Source: a virus. Taken from it: a stretch of DNA of 64,000 bases. A model generated the notes under the pieces. The model was not told the origin of the DNA. It made no database searches and was given only the letters and a program-made list of their open reading frames with translations. The stretch lies in IMG/VR virus record IMGVR_UViG_3300021093_000006. One strand, 5' to 3'. The translations under genes and the position numbers were made by a program. This document shows, one piece after another, positions 29,096-38,124 of the stretch (within the stretch, counting starts at the first letter, position 1; every line of letters begins with the position of its first letter).

Positions 29096-29839
29096 ATGAT
29101 TAAAATAATACAAATATTAGATTGGATTAAAACAAATAATTTAGATTTCATTTTATCGGATGATTTGGATATTAACGGTGAAATAACTGGCCCATGGAAC
29201 GCTAAAGAGTCTACTCACAAAAACATAACATTTATTAATGGAGAATGGTTCGATAATTCAGCCTCAATTGTATTTACACCTATTAAAAAAAACGTTAATA
29301 ACAAATTAATAATCATAACGGATGATCCTAAATATTATTTTGTTAAATGTATTAATAATTTTTTTAAACCAGAAAAATGTAAAATAAAAACTGGTAAAAA
29401 TTTTATAATGGGGCAAAATTGTTCTATAGGTAACGACGGCTTTGGTTACATAAAAGATAATGATGGTAAATGGTTAAAATTCCCACATTTTGGTAATGTA
29501 ATTATAGGTGATGATGTGGAAATAGGTAATAATGTTTGTATTGACAGGGGCGCACTAAGTAATACTATAATAGGTAACGGAGTAAAGATAGATAATTTAG
29601 TACATATAGCACATAATGTTGAAATAGGTGACAATACTTTAATTATAGCGCAGAGTATGATTGGTGGAAGCGCTAAGATTGGGTCTGATTGTTGGATATC
29701 GCCATCCACCTCGATAAAGAACGGAATTAAAATAGGGGATGGTGTTTTAATAGGTATGGGTGCTGTTGTAATTAGAGACGTTGAGGATAATAAAATTATG
29801 GTTGGTAACCCAGCTAAAGAATTAAAAAAAGATTTATGA
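29096..29839 (+). CDS. LpxD-like N-acyltransferase (left-handed beta helix)
   Basis: [44 protein letters not shown] as in LpxD. Confidence 0.8.
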   Translation: MIKIIQILDWIKTNNLDFILSDDLDINGEITGPWNAKESTHKNITFINGEWFDNSASIVFTPIKKNVNNKLIIITDDPKYYFVKCINNFFKPEKCKIKTGKNFIMGQNCSIGNDGFGYIKDNDGKWLKFPHFGNVIIGDDVEIGNNVCIDRGALSNTIIGNGVKIDNLVHIAHNVEIGDNTLIIAQSMIGGSAKIGSDCWISPSTSIKNGIKIGDGVLIGMGAVVIRDVEDNKIMVGNPAKELKKDL

Positions 29840-30300
29840 AATATTTTATTCATGAAACTACAATAGTAGATAAAGGTGTTGTCGTGGGTGACAATACTAA
29901 AATATGGGCATTTTCTCATATATCTGATAATGTTACCATAGGTAATAATTGTGTAATAGGTGAGGGTGTACACATAGGTCCAAATGTAGTCATAGGTAAC
30001 AATTGTAAGATACAAAATCATAGTTTGATATATGAAGGTGTAACTATAGAAGATAATGTGTTTTTAGGGCCAAACACAGTAACCACTAATGATTTTTTAC
30101 CTCAAGTAGGTGGTGACTGGAAAAATAATGATAGATTTAGAAAGACACTCTTCAAAAACGGGTGCTCTATAGGTGCTAACAGTACTATAGTTTGTGGTGT
30201 CACAATTGGAGAAAACTCATTAATTGGTGCAGGAAGCGTAGTAACTAAAAATATACCTGATGCCGTTAAAGCATTTGGTAATCCAGCAAAAATAATATAA
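29836..30300 (+). CDS. WbpD/WlbB-like sugar N-acetyltransferase
   Basis: FIHET..VD....[32 protein letters not shown]-type hexapeptide repeats. Confidence 0.8.
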   Translation: MKYFIHETTIVDKGVVVGDNTKIWAFSHISDNVTIGNNCVIGEGVHIGPNVVIGNNCKIQNHSLIYEGVTIEDNVFLGPNTVTTNDFLPQVGGDWKNNDRFRKTLFKNGCSIGANSTIVCGVTIGENSLIGAGSVVTKNIPDAVKAFGNPAKII

Positions 30301-30301
30301 T

Positions 30302-30865
30302 ATGAATTACGATAAAATTAAATACTGGAATGAGAGGATCGATAAAAATAACAATTTTTGTCGCTCGATAACTAATCACCATATAGAAATAGTAAACCCT
30401 CATATTGAGCCAGGGATAAAAATACTAGAGTATGGGCCAGGCACTGGTAGGATGTTGGAATTATACGGTAGTCAAAAGTCTATAAATTTTTATGACATAT
30501 CATCTATGTATAGTTCAAAACTAAAAGATAATTGTAATTTAATTAATTTACCTATAGATACTTACACTATTGATAAGTCTGGAAACATTAAAACTAATTT
30601 CGACGACGATGAATTTGATCTAGTATGTGCATTTGAGGTGTTATTACATTCCCCAGATAATGAAATTGAGGTGTTGATTAATGAATTATCTAGAATAGGT
30701 AAGGAGGTTATTATAGTAACCTGGTATGAAAAAGGTTTAACTAAATCATCTAATCATTGCTGGACTAGGGATTATAAAAACATATTAACTAGTAATAATT
30801 TAAAAATATTACACTGGGACGAGACTTCCTTTAATAACCAAGTATTTTTTAAGTATAAAAAATGA
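30302..30865 (+). CDS. Class I SAM-dependent methyltransferase
   Basis: ILEYGPGTGR motif I; FDLVCAFEVLLH. Confidence 0.8.
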   Translation: MNYDKIKYWNERIDKNNNFCRSITNHHIEIVNPHIEPGIKILEYGPGTGRMLELYGSQKSINFYDISSMYSSKLKDNCNLINLPIDTYTIDKSGNIKTNFDDDEFDLVCAFEVLLHSPDNEIEVLINELSRIGKEVIIVTWYEKGLTKSSNHCWTRDYKNILTSNNLKILHWDETSFNNQVFFKYKK

Positions 30866-31878
30866 AATATAGAGTAGGTATAATTGGGTGTGGTGGAATA
30901 TTTCCTAGACATATGGAAGCCATTGAAAATAATTCGGATGAATTTACACTAGTAAGTGTTTGTGATATACAAGAGACCTTGGTAAAAAGTTTAGGGGAGA
31001 GGTACAACGTACCTAGCTACACATCATTTAAAGATATGATTTCTTATGAAGATATAAATTTTGTAGTTATTGCAACCCCAAACTCCCTACATAAAGAGCA
31101 AGCTATATACGCATTAGAAAAAAAATGTGATGTATTAATAGAAAAACCAGTAGCATTCAATATTAGTGACGTTATTGAGATAGAAAAATATGCTAAAAAA
31201 AATAATAAAACTGCTTATTGTGTTTTACAAGTTAGATTAAATCCTACAGTGCATCTAACAAAAAAAATATTAGATAATAAATTATTAGGTGAAATAAGGG
31301 GCTTTAGTTTTGCGCAAAGGTGGCAAAGACCATTAGAGTATTTTTCTGGGTGGCGTGGTGAACCTAAAGTAGGTGGTGGCATCTTGTATGAAACTGGGAT
31401 TCATTATTTAGACATATTACAGTATTTGATAGGATCACCTAAAAATATTATCGGAACTAAGGTATACACTACTAAACATAAGGGCGGTGTGATTGAAGAT
31501 ACTGTTTATTCACTAGTAGATTACGGTAATTTTGGTGGTACGATAGAGTCTACAATTGCCGCAGAACCGCACAATATCGAAAGTTCAATCTCACTATTGG
31601 GTTCAAATGGCTATATCAAAATAGGTGGTAAAGCTCTTAATGTGATAGAATCAGCAAATTTCTTGAGTCATGGTGCAACATTGCACTATGAAAACTTATT
31701 GAAGGATTTTAATTACCCTAAAGATCCTAACTCATACGGCTCTTATCAGGGATCGTGCCCAAATCACCCAGAAGTTTATAAAAATTTAAGTGTTTTTAAT
31801 ATAACAGAAACATTAAATGTTATAAAACTAATAGAGGAAATATACAATAAATCGGATATAAAATATAAAATGTATTAA
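30862..31878 (+). CDS. Gfo/Idh/MocA oxidoreductase, WbpB/WlbA-like nucleotide-sugar dehydrogenase
   Basis: GIIGCG, ATPNSLH, EKP, QVRLNP, WQRPLEYF...GGILYETGIHY. Confidence 0.85.
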   Translation: MKYRVGIIGCGGIFPRHMEAIENNSDEFTLVSVCDIQETLVKSLGERYNVPSYTSFKDMISYEDINFVVIATPNSLHKEQAIYALEKKCDVLIEKPVAFNISDVIEIEKYAKKNNKTAYCVLQVRLNPTVHLTKKILDNKLLGEIRGFSFAQRWQRPLEYFSGWRGEPKVGGGILYETGIHYLDILQYLIGSPKNIIGTKVYTTKHKGGVIEDTVYSLVDYGNFGGTIESTIAAEPHNIESSISLLGSNGYIKIGGKALNVIESANFLSHGATLHYENLLKDFNYPKDPNSYGSYQGSCPNHPEVYKNLSVFNITETLNVIKLIEEIYNKSDIKYKMY

Positions 31879-31881
31879 GTT

Positions 31882-32544
31882 ATGTCAGCAATTTTAAAAT
31901 ATGATAATAAAAATGTATCTATAGATGTTTTAAGTGAACAGGATATAATGCATATAAATTATTTTAGTAAGGGTAGTTTTTACGAACTAAAATTATTAAA
32001 CAAGATAAAATCTTTTGAAAAATCTGGGGTATATATCGACTTGGGTGCTAACGTAGGTAATCATTCTTTATTTTTTGGTTTATTCTGTCCAGTAACTAAA
32101 GTTATAGCCATAGAAGCGGAAAAAAATATATTTAACGTATTACACAATAATTTACTACGTAATTTAGATAATAATAAATTTGTGACTTATAACTGCGCAA
32201 TATCTGATTTTGACGGATTTGTTAGTATGTCCTTAGTTTCTAATATAAATGCTGGATCTACTCACATATCAGAAATTAATAATGGTGATACTAAATGTAC
32301 TACATTAGATAATTTAATAGGTGATTTAAATGATATTGCTGTTATTAAAATGGACATCGAGGGGTATGAGCTAAAAGCACTAACTAAAGCTACTAAAATT
32401 ATCGAGAATAACAAACCTATAATAATTACAGAAGTAAAAAATAATAATGAATTTAATGACCTAAAATTCTTTTTGGGTAAATATGGGTATACATGCGATG
32501 CCATTAATTATGCTAACACACCTACTTACATATGGGTAGCATAA
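31882..32544 (+). CDS. FkbM-family methyltransferase
   Basis: IDLGANVGNHS, AIEA, IKMDIEGYEL.AL. Confidence 0.88.
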   Translation: MSAILKYDNKNVSIDVLSEQDIMHINYFSKGSFYELKLLNKIKSFEKSGVYIDLGANVGNHSLFFGLFCPVTKVIAIEAEKNIFNVLHNNLLRNLDNNKFVTYNCAISDFDGFVSMSLVSNINAGSTHISEINNGDTKCTTLDNLIGDLNDIAVIKMDIEGYELKALTKATKIIENNKPIIITEVKNNNEFNDLKFFLGKYGYTCDAINYANTPTYIWVA

Positions 32545-32584
32545 ATAGTATTCACATTTATAAAAAAACAATTAAACTTAATTT

Positions 32585-33340
32585 ATGAGCAGAAGCAGAA
32601 GAAAAAATAAACAACTTTCCGAAGAAGAAATCCAGGAAATGGAAGCGTTTCTTAATAGAAACAATATAGAAGAAGAAAAACTTTTTAATACAATAAGTAT
32701 AAACGTAAAGTGTAAGACCGAAAACCAAAGAAAATTAGTAGATTCCATAAGACACAATGAGATTACAATTTGTAGTGGGTTACCTGGATCAGGAAAAACA
32801 TTCTTATCGTGTGCTGAGGCATTAAAATTAGTTACAGCTCACGAAAAATATAAAAGAATTGTCCTAGTAAAATCTATAACTCCACTGAAAAATGAAGAAA
32901 TTGGGCATTTACCTGGAGATCTAAAAGAAAAGATGGCACCCATCATGGAGTCATTTACTGATAATATTAGAAAACTTATTGGTAAAAGTAGAATGGAAAA
33001 ATTAATTGAGTTAGGTGTTATAGAAATTGTACCAATAGCTTTTGCCAGAGGTCGCAGTATCGATAACTCCATCATATTAGTGGATGAGGCACAAAATATT
33101 ACTTTAGAAAATATTAGAACACTAATGACTAGAATCGGAGATAACTCCAAAATGGTCATTATGGGAGATGTTAAACAAAAAGACTTGAGAAATAAAAAAG
33201 ATAGTTCTTTAGAGGTTGTAATCGAAAAGTTTAAAGATGTTAAAGGTTTTGGATGTGTGGAATTGAGAAATCCTAAAGATGTTGTTAGAAACCCAATTAT
33301 AAAAATAATAGAAGAAATTTTTGAATCTTTAGAATTGTAA
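32585..33340 (+). CDS. phoH: PhoH-family ATPase
   Basis: GLPGSGKT, IGHLPGDLKEK, RGRS, DEAQN, GD..Q.D, VVRNP. Confidence 0.92.
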   Translation: MSRSRRKNKQLSEEEIQEMEAFLNRNNIEEEKLFNTISINVKCKTENQRKLVDSIRHNEITICSGLPGSGKTFLSCAEALKLVTAHEKYKRIVLVKSITPLKNEEIGHLPGDLKEKMAPIMESFTDNIRKLIGKSRMEKLIELGVIEIVPIAFARGRSIDNSIILVDEAQNITLENIRTLMTRIGDNSKMVIMGDVKQKDLRNKKDSSLEVVIEKFKDVKGFGCVELRNPKDVVRNPIIKIIEEIFESLEL

Positions 33341-33718
33341 ATGGTTTTTATTAATAGTAAGATTGAAGTTAGAGAATCACCTATACATGGTATGGGTGTA
33401 TTTGCAAAAGAAAATATAAAATCTGGTGAAATAATAGAAAATTGTCATTTTACTATTTTAGAACAAAAATTTTTTGATATAAATAAAAAATTACAAGAAT
33501 ATGTATTCGCATACCCAAAAATTAATGCAAAAAATTCAGTGGTTGTTTGGGGATATGGGTCAATATACAATCATTCTAAAAATAATAATGCTGACTGGAT
33601 AGTTGATGAGGAAAAAAATGTATTCACATTTTTCACTTTAAGGGATATTAAGAAAGGTGAAGAAATTTGTATAAATTATGGTGAAGGATATAAAAGTGTG
33701 GTAAAAACTGTAAAATAA
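33341..33718 (+). CDS. SET-domain protein (lysine methyltransferase-like)
   Basis: SPIHGMGVFAKENI..GEIIE, YNHS..NN, RDI.KGEEI.INYG. Confidence 0.9.
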   Translation: MVFINSKIEVRESPIHGMGVFAKENIKSGEIIENCHFTILEQKFFDINKKLQEYVFAYPKINAKNSVVVWGYGSIYNHSKNNNADWIVDEEKNVFTFFTLRDIKKGEEICINYGEGYKSVVKTVK

Positions 33719-33719
33719 A

Positions 33720-33887
33720 ATGGAAAAGTTTAATTTAGTAACAAAAGATGGTGAAATCGTACAAGTTACAAATCAAAAAAGTTTAGAATTGGCAATAGAA
33801 TTCTTTTCACTATTAAAAGATTTAAAAATAAAAGATTTATTAAAAATATATAAAGTTCAGAAATATGAGAATAGGGATAACAATTAA
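33720..33887 (+). CDS. Small hypothetical protein (55 aa, not in ORF track)
   Basis: ATG 33720 to TAA 33887, MEKFNLVTKDGEIVQV...; fills the gap in the operon. Confidence 0.6.
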   Translation: MEKFNLVTKDGEIVQVTNQKSLELAIEFFSLLKDLKIKDLLKIYKVQKYENRDNN

Positions 33888-34473
33888 TGGGGTTATAAGA
33901 GATTTCATCACTAAGTTTGAATCTGTTTATGATAAATATTATAATGTAGAATCTGAAAAAGAAACCAAAAGAGATATAGACACCTCAAATTTATTGGATC
34001 ATTTTAATTTTACTGGAGGAACACAAGAGTTAAATAAATTTTTATATGTTGATTCATCTTTAGAGATATTTGGACATGCAGGTGAAACAAAATTAAATTC
34101 GGTAGAACATCTAAACCAATTACATAATTTAATAGAAGATATGGGACACAATCCTATTGTTTTAAGTAAGGAATTAAATAATAGTAAACCTGCTACATTA
34201 TTCTTCTTATCTAAATTATCTGCAAAAATTAATAATATAATTTTTGTTAGAGAATATGAAAAAGTTTGGGATTATGTTGATGTCCTAATAACTGCAGATC
34301 CAGAAATATTAGATAATAAACCTAGTGGAAGAATATCTGTAAAAGTTATAAATCATTATAACAAAAATTGTCAATCTGATTATACTGTTATAGATTTAAA
34401 AGAGATTTTAGATGATAAAAAATTATTGGAAAAAATATTAAATACTCAGACAATAGATTTTGAAGATATTTAA
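33865..34473 (+). CDS. HAD 5'(3')-deoxyribonucleotidase-like protein with degenerate motif I
   Basis: MRIGITINGVIRD in place of IDIDGV; later TLFFL and DVLITADP align with the NT5C family. Confidence 0.65.
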   Translation: MRIGITINGVIRDFITKFESVYDKYYNVESEKETKRDIDTSNLLDHFNFTGGTQELNKFLYVDSSLEIFGHAGETKLNSVEHLNQLHNLIEDMGHNPIVLSKELNNSKPATLFFLSKLSAKINNIIFVREYEKVWDYVDVLITADPEILDNKPSGRISVKVINHYNKNCQSDYTVIDLKEILDDKKLLEKILNTQTIDFEDI

Positions 34474-34518
34474 TGTTTACTTATCTAAAAAAAAGTATAA
34501 AATAATAGAAAAAAATAT

Positions 34519-34854
34519 ATGGAAACTGATAACTTACTTCTACAAATTGGCGGAAAAGAACTATACTTTGATATTGATAGGGTTTCTGATGTAGTAAAAA
34601 TAGAAACTAAAATAAATCAAGAAGATATTTTAGAAAAAATTAGTGATGAAATGCGTCAAGATTCTATGGAAGAATCTGCAATACAGATAGATATTACTAA
34701 ATATGAATTATATAGAGAAATGATTGCGACTATTTTAAGTTACAATGAAGAAATCGATGATAAAATGGGTTCAGTAGCATTAAATAAAACTACTATACCA
34801 TTTAAAATTGCTTATAATACTCTTTTGATGAAAGGTATTATAAAAGAATTATAA
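34519..34854 (+). CDS. Hypothetical protein
   Basis: 111 aa ORF with AT-rich start region. Confidence 0.6.
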   Translation: METDNLLLQIGGKELYFDIDRVSDVVKIETKINQEDILEKISDEMRQDSMEESAIQIDITKYELYREMIATILSYNEEIDDKMGSVALNKTTIPFKIAYNTLLMKGIIKEL

Positions 34855-34875
34855 TAACAATAAAAATAAACTATT

Positions 34876-35994
34876 ATGAGTGAACAATTAGAGAAAATTA
34901 AAGAGTCTATTGAAAAGATAAATAATAAAGATTTTGGTATTTATTTTTTTACTATAGACACAAAAGGTAATCCTACTGCTGGTGTAGCAACAATTTACGA
35001 ACATGTAAAAAAATTAAGAGAATTAGGTTATAATGCCCAAATTTTACATGATAAAAATGATTATAAATTACGTGAAGATGAAAATGGTATTGGTATTGCA
35101 GAATGGTTGGGTGAAGAATATGCGAATTTACCTCACGTATCGATAGAATCACAAAAACTTCAGGTAAGTGCTTCTGATTTTGTTATAATTCCAGAAGCGT
35201 TTGCTAGTATAATGAAACAGACTGTTAATTTCCCTTGTAAAAGAGTGGTATTACTCCAATCCTATGAATATATTTTTGAAATGTTAGAGATTGGTGAAGG
35301 TTGGGAACAATTTGGTATTAGAGATGTAATCACTACAAATGAAAATTTAAGTAAATACGCAAATTCTATGTTTAGAGGATTGACAACTGATGTCATCCCT
35401 ATCGGTATACCTTCTTATTTTGAAAGTGATGGAACACCTAAAATACCTACGGTTTCAATGGTAGCAAGAGATAAAAGAGAATTATTAAAAATTGTAAAAA
35501 TATTTTATCAAAAATATCCACATTATAGATTTATAACGTTTAGAGATTTATCTGGTTTACCTAGAAAAATGTTTGCTAAAGAATTATCTAAATCATTTTT
35601 AAGTGTTTGGGTCGACGAACTTTCAAGTTTTGGGACATTTCCTTTAGAGTCAATGAAAGTAAAAACACCTGTAATTGGTAAAATCCCTAGAATGGTACCT
35701 GAGTGGATGGGTACATTGGATGCAAATGGAAATCTTAATTTAAACGATAATGGTATATGGACGGCAAATTTAAATGCGATACCTGATATTATTGCAACAA
35801 TGGTTGGTTTGTATTTAGAAGATGCCTTACCTCAAAATATTATGACAGGTATGGTTGAATGGGAAAGTAAGTATACTGAGGAAGGATCAAATAATATATT
35901 ATCCGAAGTATATGATAAAATTTTTAAAAGAAGGGTTGTAGAATTAGAAACGTCTTACGAACAAATTTCAAATACTTCCCAATCAGAAGTATAA
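34876..35994 (+). CDS. GT-B glycosyltransferase-like protein
   Basis: FVIIPE, WVDELSSFGTFPLESM...PVIG (E-x7-E-like loop, first Glu absent). Confidence 0.7.
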   Translation: MSEQLEKIKESIEKINNKDFGIYFFTIDTKGNPTAGVATIYEHVKKLRELGYNAQILHDKNDYKLREDENGIGIAEWLGEEYANLPHVSIESQKLQVSASDFVIIPEAFASIMKQTVNFPCKRVVLLQSYEYIFEMLEIGEGWEQFGIRDVITTNENLSKYANSMFRGLTTDVIPIGIPSYFESDGTPKIPTVSMVARDKRELLKIVKIFYQKYPHYRFITFRDLSGLPRKMFAKELSKSFLSVWVDELSSFGTFPLESMKVKTPVIGKIPRMVPEWMGTLDANGNLNLNDNGIWTANLNAIPDIIATMVGLYLEDALPQNIMTGMVEWESKYTEEGSNNILSEVYDKIFKRRVVELETSYEQISNTSQSEV

Positions 35995-36018
35995 CAATTT
36001 ATAAAAAAATATATTATT

Positions 36019-36156
36019 ATGACAAAAATTCAATCATCAACCTATTACAATGTAAGTAATAGAAAAAAAAGAAAAGGTGTCCACTCAAAAACTAAAACTA
36101 GTAAACTTAAAACTAGTAAATATTATAAGAAAAAGTATAAAGGGCAAGGAAGATAA
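36019..36156 (+). CDS. Small very basic protein (45 aa, not in ORF track)
   Basis: MTKIQSSTYYNVSNRKKRKGVHSKTKTSKLKTSKYYKKKYKGQGR, clean ATG to TAA. Confidence 0.7.
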   Translation: MTKIQSSTYYNVSNRKKRKGVHSKTKTSKLKTSKYYKKKYKGQGR

Positions 36157-36179
36157 TAACAATAATTAAATAAAAAAAT

Positions 36180-36956
36180 ATGAGTAGTATTTCAGTAATA
36201 GTACCAGTACATAAATTAGAAAAAACATATTTAGATTCATGTATTTTAAGTATTATGAATCAAAAAGAAAAACCAAATGAAGTTATATTCGTAACATCTA
36301 ACGATAACGAATTAAAAGATTATCTTAATAATTACAATTTTGGTGAGATTAGTTCATTAGTTAAAATTTTAGAAAACGAAACAAATGACTATGGATTCCA
36401 ATCACAAATTAATTATGGTGTTAAAGAATCTACATCAACTTATTTTACTTTTGTAGAGTATGATGATGAGTTATCACCTATATGGATTAAAAACGCTAAA
36501 GAATATGCAAAACATCATTCTGATGTAGGTGTATTTTTACCTATCATATATGAGACTGATGAGAATGGTAAATTTATTTCATTTACAAATGAAAGTGTTT
36601 GGGCAAAAGATTTTACAGAAGTTAGTGGTTATTTAGATAATAATGTATTACAAAGAGTTCAGAACTTTAATTTTGATGGTATGGTTGTTAAAAAAGAAGT
36701 TTATGAAGAACACGGTGGTTTAAAAAGTAATATAAAATTGACTTTCACTTATGAATTCTTATTAAGAATGACGTATTTTTCTGTACCTGTTATGGTAATT
36801 CCTAGATTAGGTTATAAACATACAAATAATAGAGAGGGATCACTTTTTGTAGAGTATAAAAATAGTATTGATGTTTTAGAAAGTAAATTTTGGGTTAATA
36901 AAGCCAAAAAAGAATATTTTTTCACAGAAGATAGGGAAATAACATATGAAGTATAA
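36180..36956 (+). CDS. Glycosyltransferase family 2
   Basis: ISVIVPVH, YLDSCILSI, QINYGV, FVEYDD. Confidence 0.8.
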   Translation: MSSISVIVPVHKLEKTYLDSCILSIMNQKEKPNEVIFVTSNDNELKDYLNNYNFGEISSLVKILENETNDYGFQSQINYGVKESTSTYFTFVEYDDELSPIWIKNAKEYAKHHSDVGVFLPIIYETDENGKFISFTNESVWAKDFTEVSGYLDNNVLQRVQNFNFDGMVVKKEVYEEHGGLKSNIKLTFTYEFLLRMTYFSVPVMVIPRLGYKHTNNREGSLFVEYKNSIDVLESKFWVNKAKKEYFFTEDREITYEV

Positions 36957-36964
36957 ATTTTTTT

Positions 36965-37699
36965 ATGACAGAAGAACCCAAAAAAAGGGGTCGTAAGAGA
37001 ACAAAAAATTTATATTTTGGTCCTGAACAGGAAGAAGCAGTAGTTAATTTTTTAACAAGTGAATCGTATAGTGAAAGAAATAAAATTTACAATGAGCATC
37101 TAAAAGGCCCAGTAAACAAGATGGTTGAGTCCATCATAAGAAGGTATAAATTATATAGAAAAGAATATGAGTATGAGGATGTACATTCCGATACTTTATC
37201 TTTTTTAATTACTAAAATGCATAATTTTAAACCCGATAAAAATAAAAAAGCATATTCTTATTTTGGAACGATATGTAAACATTATCTTTTAGGACAATTA
37301 ATAAAAGATGATAAAAAATTAAAATCTGATGTTTCCTACGAAGATGTTTATAGAACTGTGGAAACTATGGAGGATTTATCGTATACAATCGATGATGATA
37401 AGTTACAATTAGATACATTTATAGATGAGATTTCTGCCAGTATAAAGGGTGAAATGAAATATAATAAATTATCTGAAATAGAACATAAAGTTGGTTCTGC
37501 ACTCACAACCATACTAGATAATTGGGAGACTATTTTTGAACAGGTAGAAAGTGGTAATAAATATAATAAAAATTTAATTTTATCTTATATAAGAGAAATA
37601 TCTGATTTATCAACCAAAGACATTAGATTGGGGATGAGAAGATTTAAAAAAATATATGTTTTTTTAAAAAATGATAAATTAGAAGATGATTTCTTGTAA
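36965..37699 (+). CDS. Late-transcription sigma factor, T4 gp55-like
   Basis: LYF...E.AV..F, KMVESII, SFL..KMHNFKPDK..KAYSYFGTI.K.Y (sigma region 2, equivalent to NPFAYFT of gp55). Confidence 0.75.
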   Translation: MTEEPKKRGRKRTKNLYFGPEQEEAVVNFLTSESYSERNKIYNEHLKGPVNKMVESIIRRYKLYRKEYEYEDVHSDTLSFLITKMHNFKPDKNKKAYSYFGTICKHYLLGQLIKDDKKLKSDVSYEDVYRTVETMEDLSYTIDDDKLQLDTFIDEISASIKGEMKYNKLSEIEHKVGSALTTILDNWETIFEQVESGNKYNKNLILSYIREISDLSTKDIRLGMRRFKKIYVFLKNDKLEDDFL

Positions 37700-37712
37700 A
37701 TTTTTATTATAA

Positions 37713-37722
37713 GATATTTATA
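37713..37722 (+). promoter_or_regulatory. Putative late promoter GATATTTATA
   Basis: Motif 15 nt upstream of ATG 37737, at the head of the baseplate operon. Confidence 0.5.
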
Positions 37723-37736
37723 GTAAAAGAAATATT

Positions 37737-38123
37737 ATGAGTAGACCTAAGAAAACTAAAATCAATTTAGATAAAAATAGTTTACAAGAATTAATGCAGG
37801 AAATCTATAATGATTGTAGTACTATAATGAATAGTGCTCGTAGGGAATTGAATGAAAGAAAAGTTAGGGTTAATATAGAAGACATCAATGATGAATATCA
37901 AATAGGTAAAGTTAATAATGAAACACTTAAAATTTTAGAAACTACTATTGATAAGAAAATTGCGTTAGCTAAATTACAATCACAAATACTAGGTAATAAA
38001 TCTGATGGTGATGGTGAAGTTAATAGTGGTGGTAACGGTATAACTGAAGAAGATAAGAATATTCTTAGAGAATTGTTTAAGGAAAAGGGTAACAATAAAA
38101 ATACTGAATACGATATAGATTAA
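37737..38123 (+). CDS. Hypothetical coiled-coil protein
   Basis: 128 aa, helical, first gene of the operon. Confidence 0.6.
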   Translation: MSRPKKTKINLDKNSLQELMQEIYNDCSTIMNSARRELNERKVRVNIEDINDEYQIGKVNNETLKILETTIDKKIALAKLQSQILGNKSDGDGEVNSGGNGITEEDKNILRELFKEKGNNKNTEYDID

Positions 38124-38124
38124 A

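Noticed and set aside
20882-36956. T4-style DNA hypermodification (hmC glucosylation) as the role of the GT cluster
   Set aside because: No dCMP hydroxymethylase, thymidylate-synthase-like or TET/JBP gene is in the window, and the GT families resemble polysaccharide enzymes. Not preferred, but not excluded without the rest of the genome.
37737-38123. Terminase small subunit call
   Set aside because: Size and coiled-coil character fit, but there is no recognisable motif and it is far from the large subunit gene.
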